From Histomonas meleagridis 2922-C6/04-290x (taxonomy: Eukaryota; Protista; Parabasalia), in contig JAANOX010000080.1 in assembly GCA_020184695.1 (NCBI GenBank), positions 186,001 to 250,000 of the forward strand: 64,000 nt of DNA. Reading direction: 5' to 3'. This document shows, piece after piece, positions 56,001 to 64,000 of the stretch. The notes beneath the pieces were generated by a model. It was not told the DNA's origin. It worked only from the letters and a program-made list of their open reading frames with translations, and searched no databases. A program made the position numbers and the translations under genes. Each line of letters begins with the position of its first letter. Position 1 is the stretch's first letter.

Positions 56001-57329
56001 ATGGAAAATGACCAACAGATCACAGTAAAGATAAATGACGATGAAACCATTCGAATTTTAGCAAGTTTTGGACGTGAAAATCTTTGTGGCGTGTATCTAT
56101 TAGGAATTTCATGTCTTGCAAGGATTTATGGTCTTTCAAAGCCTAAGGAAGAATATGCCTTTTTCAATAGCAAGGAAGAACTCAAAAAATTTATCCAAAC
56201 ATATCTCAACAATGAATATAGTGAAATTTTGGTTGATCCCAAAGATGGTGCTTATTTATGTTCTATTGGCGAAAGCCCAGCATATCTTTTTGTTAGTGCT
56301 GAGCGAGCCAATTACACTTCAACTCCAATAGAAGGCATTTATTTAGATGTCCGAGATCTTTCTATACAAAATATCCAAAGTTTTTCACGTTATTTAAATT
56401 CAAAAACCATTACAATGTCAGATTTATTTCGTAATCCAGTTTGTTTTTGGTCGTCACTTAAAGTACTTAGTTATCTCCCAACAGATTTTCATTTACAAGA
56501 ATATCCAGATGAAGCAATCCCACTAATTACTGGATCTGCACCAGGGACTCTTCTTGACCGTACAGCAAAAAGTCAAAAGATTTCCTATGGAGCTCGAGTC
56601 ATCACTGATACGCTTGTGGATATACTTCAAAATTATAATTTCCCTTACTACGAGATAGAACGTATCTACGAAGATCTTCTCCTTACATCCATTTTCCCAA
56701 ACTTCACGTACAGCCACCTTGGAAACTTCCCGAGTCTTTTGTCGAACGTTACGATCAACTCTCAAACGGTCTCCATCCCAAACATAGGGATTCCAAGATT
56801 TGCTGGTTTCATTATGCCACTCTATATGTATGCACATGAGACAAAAATAAGTGAAGATGATTTCTTTATCCAATCTAGATCTTCTAATTTCAACGATTTT
56901 TGCAAACTTCAGGAAACAATGGTTACAATCGATAAATCGCCATTTGTAGCTTGGTTTTGCTTTGACAAACATTGCTTCCCATCTTGGCTAGTTCTACCTG
57001 CGATCGATATATGCGCAGCTCTCGTTGATTTGGAAAATGCAGAAGATTTAGGCGAATGGGTATTTAACAATTCCTTAACAATGTGGAAAGAAGCAATTTG
57101 TTTACTGGAACCAGATTTGTGTCTGGACTGTCTCGAGAAAATTAAGGATAGTGGAGTCTTGGAAATGCTTGAAAGCCCATTATTTTCTTTGAATAATAAG
57201 GAAACACAGAAAATTTTCGGATACAAAGCAATGTATACGAAAAATCCAAGAGCAGATATATATGCTTTCTTAAAGACAAATCCAAAAGGAACTGTTCAAG
57301 AGTTTAGAAAATATTTCCAGAATAAGTAG
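56001..57329 (+). CDS. Hypothetical protein
   Basis: 442-aa ORF; no family recognised. Confidence 0.75.
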   Translation: MENDQQITVKINDDETIRILASFGRENLCGVYLLGISCLARIYGLSKPKEEYAFFNSKEELKKFIQTYLNNEYSEILVDPKDGAYLCSIGESPAYLFVSAERANYTSTPIEGIYLDVRDLSIQNIQSFSRYLNSKTITMSDLFRNPVCFWSSLKVLSYLPTDFHLQEYPDEAIPLITGSAPGTLLDRTAKSQKISYGARVITDTLVDILQNYNFPYYEIERIYEDLLLTSIFPNFTYSHLGNFPSLLSNVTINSQTVSIPNIGIPRFAGFIMPLYMYAHETKISEDDFFIQSRSSNFNDFCKLQETMVTIDKSPFVAWFCFDKHCFPSWLVLPAIDICAALVDLENAEDLGEWVFNNSLTMWKEAICLLEPDLCLDCLEKIKDSGVLEMLESPLFSLNNKETQKIFGYKAMYTKNPRADIYAFLKTNPKGTVQEFRKYFQNK

Positions 57330-57502
57330 ATATAAATAAAGAAAATAGAGATATTATAATATTGGATCTTTAGGATCATTCATTAAAACATTATTTGGAT
57401 GTACAAATGTTTCATTATATGATTCATAATCGAAAATTAAGTTTTCAACTAATAAATTATTTGATATATTGTTTACATTTATAATATTTAAGTTTTAAAA
57501 TT

Positions 57503-58240
57503 TCATGTTTGTATTATTTCATCACCAAATTGAAGATCTGAATCATTAATAATTAAATCATAACCATTTGGATTAGTTGAAAATGGATCTTTTAACTTAA
57601 TATTATGTTTTGTACCTTCTTTATTATGTAATTCTAAAATAAATTTAAGCTGATTGATTAATATAAAATATTTTATCATTAACATAATTATGAATTCCAT
57701 CTAATGAATTCATTGATGAATAAATATTAACGGGAATTCTCATTGGATTTCTTGCTAATGCAGGAATATAATGATCATTTGAATCCATTTCCCAAAAAAG
57801 TGAATAAATATTATCCGGTTGATAACCATATAAAGTTATAATTAAATTTTCTCTCCAGAATTACGGTTTGGTTTTCCTTTTACACATTTTCCATATTCAG
57901 ATGTTATACATTCCTTTGTATTTGTCATTTCAATGAATTTTGGATTTGAATTAATATCATTTTGTGTAAATGGTCCAACTGCTGTTATTACATAAGTCAC
58001 ATCTAAATTTTCTTTTATAGCTATATTTATAACTACATGAATTTGATATTCTCCGATTTCTAATTGTGATTGAGGGATTATAACTTTTATTTATAGTTAA
58101 ATGTTCTGTGTTTTGTGTTCGCTTATTTCCAACATAAATTTTATTTGAAGGTGATATTACTATTAAATCTAAATCATAATATATTGGAAGTAATGTGTCT
58201 GAACTAAGAGGAATATCATGTGAACATAACACAATTCAAT
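57503..58240 (-). pseudogene. Fragmented gene remnant, possibly an extracellular beta-rich protein
   Basis: Several short adjacent frames with protein-like composition broken by stops. Confidence 0.3.
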
Positions 58241-58425
58241 GATTGCATTTTAAAATTTCAACCAAAAATTTGTTGATAAACAAATCTAATCACATTTCAT
58301 GTTTAAATAATAGTTCCAACAAAGTTTATATTTTACTTAATATTTAATTTTTTTAATGATAACTTAAAGAAAGAAGTTATATTTTTACACTAAACTAAGA
58401 TTTATTTCGTATTACATCATATTTA

Positions 58426-61188
58426 TTAGAAATAATTAGGATCAATTTCATTACAAAACTTCATGTAATTAACTTCGTCTAATGAAGTACATCTGAATTT
58501 CTTTGATAAAAGATCAAGTTCATTTTGATCATATGATAATCCAAGTCTTGCAATACATTGTTTAAATTGTTGTTTTGATATATAACTTTTCCTTGGCCTT
58601 GTATCAAAGTCATAAAACTGATCACGGATATTCATTCTTCTTGTTAGAACGAGATTCTTCATTCTTAATAAAATTGATCTGACTTTCATTTCTTCATTTT
58701 GTGATAGAGTTTGAACAACCTTTGAAGGTTCAGGGTTTATTGTATATTTTGTTTTTCCGCTTTTAAGTGGTTTCTTTTCCATTTCAGTTTTTCCGAATAT
58801 TTTATTTATTTTCTTGCAGAACTTTTTGTAATCAAACATGTCATTTGTTGATTGAGCTCGATATTTCTCAATGATAAGAGTTATTTGTTGTGGATTTAAT
58901 GGTAAATTAACTTGCCCACAAACAGTTCGAAACTTTTGTATTGGTACAATTCCATGTCGAAGGTTATCAAAACTTTCAAAAAACTCTTCTAATCGAATTC
59001 GTCTTCGCCATACAAATGATTGAATGTTTTTAATGATTTCTTTAACTTTAAAATCATTTTCATTTGATCTGTGTTCTGTTAAATACATATTTTCTGTGTT
59101 CCCATATTCAGGGAATGGATTAGCAACATATGTCGTATTTTTTGTGTTATCAAATATTTGTCCAACTTCATTATTAACATCATCAACAAAATTTACATAA
59201 TCGACAAAATTTGTTTTTATATTTGTATAATAATTACATAATTTTTCGATTTGATCTTTTGTTAAATGCATTCCAATTAGTTGTATAACTTGTGCAAATG
59301 CATTTCTACTTATGGCTTTATGATGATATCTATCTTTATCTTTAAATTGTTCAATTAAAGGTAATCTATGCATTTTTACATATCTAGAAATTAAATTTAT
59401 AATGTTTTGAATATCTTTACTTTCATTAGGTATATCACGTGATTTACTCATTGTTAATTCTTTCGGTGATAATGGTTGAGTTAAAGGTTTAGTTTCTAAA
59501 TCTTTAGGAGCAATAAATTGAAGAATATCATCTGCAAAATCTCTCCATCTAATATACCCTACTCTTGTTTTAGATTTATAATTATTTTTTATAAGTTTAT
59601 ATTGCTTATCTGATAATTTATATGATGACATTTCAATTCCTCTCCGAAATTGTGTATCTGTAATTTCTCCTATATTTAAAGGATCAAAATCTTTAAGAAA
59701 TTCATGAAAATGTACCGAATTAATATAACACCATTTTTGTAATGATTCTATTAATGATGTGATATCAGTTGGTTCATCAAGTTTTGGTATTAATCCTTTA
59801 TGTGATTTATAAATTAATTTGTCCGCTTGCTCACTTGTAATAAATTTGTCACCAGTAGGAGTTTTCCCATAAATTTCTTCAATTGATTCTTTCGTTGTTC
59901 CTAATGGATTATATACTCTTCGTTGTTGATTATGTGATGGATCAACATCTTCAATAAAACTAAAATAATCCACACCAACATCATTTGAATAATGTTGAAT
60001 AAGTTCTTTTACCTCAAATTCATTCAGATTAACTTTATTAAGTGTATAAAGTGAACGTTGGAATTGTTGTGGTGTAATATAACCACGATTAAATCGATCA
60101 AAATCTTGAAATGTTGGTAAAATATTCATTCGATATTGACTTATTGCTTGTCTGATTTTATCGATAGCTTGTTTGTAACCTCGTGAAATATATGCCATGT
60201 CTCGTGTTTTAGTTGTAAAAAGATTATTCTTCATATCTTCAATATCATTACAAAAATCTTTATATTTAATATAGTTTGTAAAATTAACATTTGTCTTATA
60301 TTCTTCAGATAAATTTTGGATTTCTTCATTAGTAAGATTAAGTCCAATCATTTTTAATGCACTACCAAAATTATCAACTAGAATTAATCCGTTATTATGT
60401 CGATCAAATTGTTGAAAAAACTCTTGGATACGAATTTGTTTTTGTCGAACAAATTTTGCAATTTCTTGCATAACAGAATGATAGTCATGATTTGTAGGTT
60501 TTAATCGAATTGAGTCTCTTTGATGAGGTAATAATTCTAATGGAGTAAATGTTGCTGTAGTATTAGTTCTAGAATTAGATTGAATTACACTATTGACTTC
60601 ATTAATAAATTTTTTATAATTAACATCATGAAGAACTGGATCTGAATATCTTTGAACAAGAATATCAATTTCAGAATTATTTAGATTGGTAAAAGGAAAT
60701 GCTCTTAAAAATTGTGTTTTGGTAACATTACCATTATTGTGGCGATCGAAATCTTCGTAGCATTCGCGAATATATATTCCTCTTGTTTTAACTTGATAAG
60801 CACATTTTTGGAGAATTGAGTTTAATTTCGGATCTGCATTAGCATCAAACTTATTTAAAGTTCTATCTATAATTTTTTGTGAATTTTTCAGCTTTCCTAA
60901 AGGTGTTTTTTCTAGAGTTTTGTTAGAATAAATGTTCATTATGTCATCGCAAAATTTCCTATAGTTAATTGAACCATTTGAATTAACATAATTTCTTACA
61001 ATTGTTTCATATTCATGATCTCTAAAAGGGTATTTAATAAATTCGAAGCTCCTTCTAAATTGATCTTGTGTGATAGTTCCAAGATTGAGTTTATCAAAAT
61101 CTTCAAACCATTCATAAGGGTACACGTCGTGTACATAAATGTATGTTCTAAATCTATCTAGAACATTTTTTAAGTTCATTGGAAACAA
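58426..61188 (-). CDS. Multi-EF-hand protein (EFCAB6-like)
   Basis: Repeated F.DFD..N.G.IT..QF.R units with INY..F partner loops. Confidence 0.88.
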   Translation of the reverse strand: MFPMNLKNVLDRFRTYIYVHDVYPYEWFEDFDKLNLGTITQDQFRRSFEFIKYPFRDHEYETIVRNYVNSNGSINYRKFCDDIMNIYSNKTLEKTPLGKLKNSQKIIDRTLNKFDANADPKLNSILQKCAYQVKTRGIYIRECYEDFDRHNNGNVTKTQFLRAFPFTNLNNSEIDILVQRYSDPVLHDVNYKKFINEVNSVIQSNSRTNTTATFTPLELLPHQRDSIRLKPTNHDYHSVMQEIAKFVRQKQIRIQEFFQQFDRHNNGLILVDNFGSALKMIGLNLTNEEIQNLSEEYKTNVNFTNYIKYKDFCNDIEDMKNNLFTTKTRDMAYISRGYKQAIDKIRQAISQYRMNILPTFQDFDRFNRGYITPQQFQRSLYTLNKVNLNEFEVKELIQHYSNDVGVDYFSFIEDVDPSHNQQRRVYNPLGTTKESIEEIYGKTPTGDKFITSEQADKLIYKSHKGLIPKLDEPTDITSLIESLQKWCYINSVHFHEFLKDFDPLNIGEITDTQFRRGIEMSSYKLSDKQYKLIKNNYKSKTRVGYIRWRDFADDILQFIAPKDLETKPLTQPLSPKELTMSKSRDIPNESKDIQNIINLISRYVKMHRLPLIEQFKDKDRYHHKAISRNAFAQVIQLIGMHLTKDQIEKLCNYYTNIKTNFVDYVNFVDDVNNEVGQIFDNTKNTTYVANPFPEYGNTENMYLTEHRSNENDFKVKEIIKNIQSFVWRRRIRLEEFFESFDNLRHGIVPIQKFRTVCGQVNLPLNPQQITLIIEKYRAQSTNDMFDYKKFCKKINKIFGKTEMEKKPLKSGKTKYTINPEPSKVVQTLSQNEEMKVRSILLRMKNLVLTRRMNIRDQFYDFDTRPRKSYISKQQFKQCIARLGLSYDQNELDLLSKKFRCTSLDEVNYMKFCNEIDPNYF

Positions 61189-61486
61189 TTTTTAAGGATT
61201 TGCTTGATCTTAACGTACATTTACCATAAAAACGTTTTTTTCGGTGACATGTTATATGAAAACTTTCTTCATTATGGATTTAAATATACAAGTTTCCTGA
61301 GTAAAATGAATTCGATCAACCATAGATTGTCTTATATTGATATACGACGTGTTAAAGTTCAAATTGCAAACAAAAGAAGATATAATTCCATTAATGTTCA
61401 AATCAAATTAAATTTAATTGATTTTATGCATAATCTCATTTCCACTGAATTTAACAATCTAAAATGACGAGAATTAATTTTTTACT

Positions 61487-63997
61487 TCATCCATACCTAA
61501 TGAAGTTCATGAATCTTTCTTGCTCTTCTCTTCTTTCCCTTTTAAGTCTTTCTTGTTCTTCTCTTCTTTCCTCTTCGAATTGTAATCTCAATGATTCTTC
61601 ATTAATTTGATTTCTATATGATTCATGAGCAGAAATCAAAGCTCTAATCAAATTGTGCATATTACCTTTCACTATTTTCACGTTATTATAATTTACGTCT
61701 TCCACGGGTAATTTGACAGTTACCATTATAGCTTTTAGTTTGAGTAAATCTTTTCCATATATTTCATCTCCATAACGAATCGTTGGTCTTTCCTTTATCA
61801 TTTTTGCGTATAAACCAAATGGATATAAATGCGATTGATAATTATTTTGATCTTTGTTACTTCCGCAATCGAATCCAATGTTCATGAAGTCATCTGTGGA
61901 TCGATCGTAATAAGTAATCTTATAAATTCCAGATCCACTTTCAGATCGTAATATTATAGAATATTCATCAGGATTAACTTCGAAAGAATATTCTTCATTC
62001 GATATTGTTACAGTTCCACCTTCGATCATTGGTTGAATTATTTGTTCTTTAATAACTTTAAGTCTTTCTTGATAATCTCTTTCTAACTTTTGATAATATT
62101 CGTCAATTAATTTTTGGATTTTAACATTATTCTCTGCTGCGATTTCTTTAATTTTCTTTTCTAATTCAAAGAGTTTTTCATGGTATTCCTTCGGGAACTT
62201 TTGTATATGTTTCGTAAATGCTAAGAAACTATTTAATGATTGTTTCTCAGGCTTAATTATCGAATAATTTTGGAAGTTATCAAACCATATCTTAAAGATC
62301 CTTAATCCAGCAGCAGAAATCTTTTCAATATAACCTTCAAATAATGGTTTTAATCGAGTGAATGATGAAAATCTATTTTCATCAGAACGAATATATTGAA
62401 TAACTTTGTTTAACGTGAAATATAATTCATAACCTGTATGTAATGAAAATGTATCTGATGTACTAAATCCATCAATGAAAAATTCGAAATCTTTGCCTTT
62501 GCCAAATATCCGACATGCACAACTTTGTTGGCCTTGAAGAATTTCATTTAATCGAGGCCATGGTGGGACATCAAATATGTCATATTTCTCAATTTCTTCT
62601 TGTAATTTATCTTGTAAAGCACTGAACACTCCAAACCCTCTTGATAAATTATTAACTATTTTGACATAATTCCCTCTTTTGCCAAGGCGTTCGTATTCTT
62701 CTAATTGTTCATAATCTTTAATAAGTCGAATAAGTTGACTACCAAATTTACAACGAACGTCACTACAAAGTTCTTCATAAGGAACCTCATTCGCAAGTAT
62801 TTCTTTGCATTCATTACAGTCAATTAATGGAACAAAATCACGACACGCGCGATCGATTTTATATGGTGCATCACGTTTCCATTCAAATGAGACTTGTTTG
62901 GAAAGACTACTTTTGACTTTCTTGTCGATTAAACTTTGTACATATTTGTCAATTTCAAATGCAATCTTGTTGAAATATTCGGCATCTTTAAGCCACGTCT
63001 TCAGCGCATATTGTGACTTCGGTGGAAGCTTGTTCATAAGTGGTATCGGAACAGTAAATACTGTGCATGGCTGCCAGACATCTGGTGGCGCTGTCCTTAT
63101 TATCTTTGCCTTTGGTGCTGCTGGCTTTGCATCTTGTGCAGGCGCTTGTGCTTGCGCAGGAGCATCTTGTTTAGGTTCTGGCGCTGATGTTGGTGCAGGT
63201 GCAGGCTCTGGTTTTGGCGATGGTTGCGATGGCGCTGGTGTGGGCGCAGGTGCGGGTTCGGGTTCGCTGAGAGATCCATTGCGCTTTTGACGCTGTATAT
63301 TTTCGATGTCGTTAATGCGATTTTCGAGCTGCTCAATGTCTTGTAAGATTGACGGCAGTTGCTCTTTAGCCGCATCGCAGTTTAGTGACTTAAGGTCTTC
63401 TGCCATATACCTTGCATTCTCTAGTTCGCTTCTTGCGTCCTCAACGTTATCATTATGTAAATGCCTTTCAACTTTGACAATTGTTTCCATTAAATTATCC
63501 TTTTCTTCATTCCATTTAATTTGATCGTAAACCATTGGAATTACTTCGTCTTCACATTTCTGTATTAAATCATTTAATAAATCGCATTCTTCCAAACTCA
63601 TTGCCTTTTCTTTCGCTCTATTTAATGGGTTCTCTATGTCAGCGAACATTATTTTACTTGTGATATTCTTTGATAATTGCATAGCTCTTTCTAAATCATT
63701 TACTGCTTCTTTTTCTTCCAAACTTATGTTAGCTTTTCGTTTAGCTGTATCAATTTCAAATTTATAATTGTCATGATTTGCGACAATTTCATTCCATTCA
63801 TCAATTAATTCCTTACAGCCATATTCGGTATCATTTTGGAAGTCAAGAAATACGCCGCTGTCGCCTTCCCAATAAAGAATTTCACGTCCTCCATTCTCAT
63901 TCATAAAGTTTTCGCCTTGTTCAATACATCGATCAATTAAATAACTTGTTTCTTCTTTACGTTGGAAGTCACGATATTCATTAATTAAGTCTTGCAT
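61487..63997 (-). CDS. Hypothetical protein with coiled coils and a P/A-rich linker (may extend past the window end)
   Basis: 836-aa ORF; EPEPAPAPTPAPSQPSPKPEPAP linker; C-terminal ERREEQER duplication. Confidence 0.75.
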   Translation of the reverse strand: MQDLINEYRDFQRKEETSYLIDRCIEQGENFMNENGGREILYWEGDSGVFLDFQNDTEYGCKELIDEWNEIVANHDNYKFEIDTAKRKANISLEEKEAVNDLERAMQLSKNITSKIMFADIENPLNRAKEKAMSLEECDLLNDLIQKCEDEVIPMVYDQIKWNEEKDNLMETIVKVERHLHNDNVEDARSELENARYMAEDLKSLNCDAAKEQLPSILQDIEQLENRINDIENIQRQKRNGSLSEPEPAPAPTPAPSQPSPKPEPAPAPTSAPEPKQDAPAQAQAPAQDAKPAAPKAKIIRTAPPDVWQPCTVFTVPIPLMNKLPPKSQYALKTWLKDAEYFNKIAFEIDKYVQSLIDKKVKSSLSKQVSFEWKRDAPYKIDRACRDFVPLIDCNECKEILANEVPYEELCSDVRCKFGSQLIRLIKDYEQLEEYERLGKRGNYVKIVNNLSRGFGVFSALQDKLQEEIEKYDIFDVPPWPRLNEILQGQQSCACRIFGKGKDFEFFIDGFSTSDTFSLHTGYELYFTLNKVIQYIRSDENRFSSFTRLKPLFEGYIEKISAAGLRIFKIWFDNFQNYSIIKPEKQSLNSFLAFTKHIQKFPKEYHEKLFELEKKIKEIAAENNVKIQKLIDEYYQKLERDYQERLKVIKEQIIQPMIEGGTVTISNEEYSFEVNPDEYSIILRSESGSGIYKITYYDRSTDDFMNIGFDCGSNKDQNNYQSHLYPFGLYAKMIKERPTIRYGDEIYGKDLLKLKAIMVTVKLPVEDVNYNNVKIVKGNMHNLIRALISAHESYRNQINEESLRLQFEEERREEQERLKRERREEQERFMNFIRYG

Positions 63998-64000
63998 TCC

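Overview
AT-rich eukaryotic DNA, very probably a parabasalid (trichomonad or tritrichomonad). Supporting evidence: an IBD-domain gene, DUF3447-type ankyrin genes, and Inr/M2/M3/M5-like core promoter motifs. The window holds ordinary single-exon genes (AspAT, RPL27, SPTLC1, IPK1, LSm, TCTP, Rap-GAP, AIR9-like, Rho, Rab, EF-hand), several bacterial-like genes (GPH sugar symporter, beta-helix glycosidase-like, PPC/DUF296, TerD), two identical tRNA-Ala genes, one atypical tRNA, a TA-flanked pogo-like transposon and many pseudogene fragments. The main observation concerns eight dispersed DUF3447/ankyrin loci. In seven of them nearly every visible ankyrin repeat is interrupted at the same position, between ...NAK[D/N] and F-x-T-A-L, by an AT-rich spacer. 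The spacers lack GT-AG ends and their lengths cluster at 14+20n nt (54, 74, 94, 114, 234, 334). They break the reading frame and often carry stops, yet in the best locus (49.6-53.6 kb) all 16 downstream ankyrin segments are stop-free despite strong amino-acid divergence. This suggests an undescribed removal mechanism (non-canonical splicing, ribosome bypassing or DNA-level excision). The mechanism is inference: no transcript data are available here, and all lengths were counted by hand.
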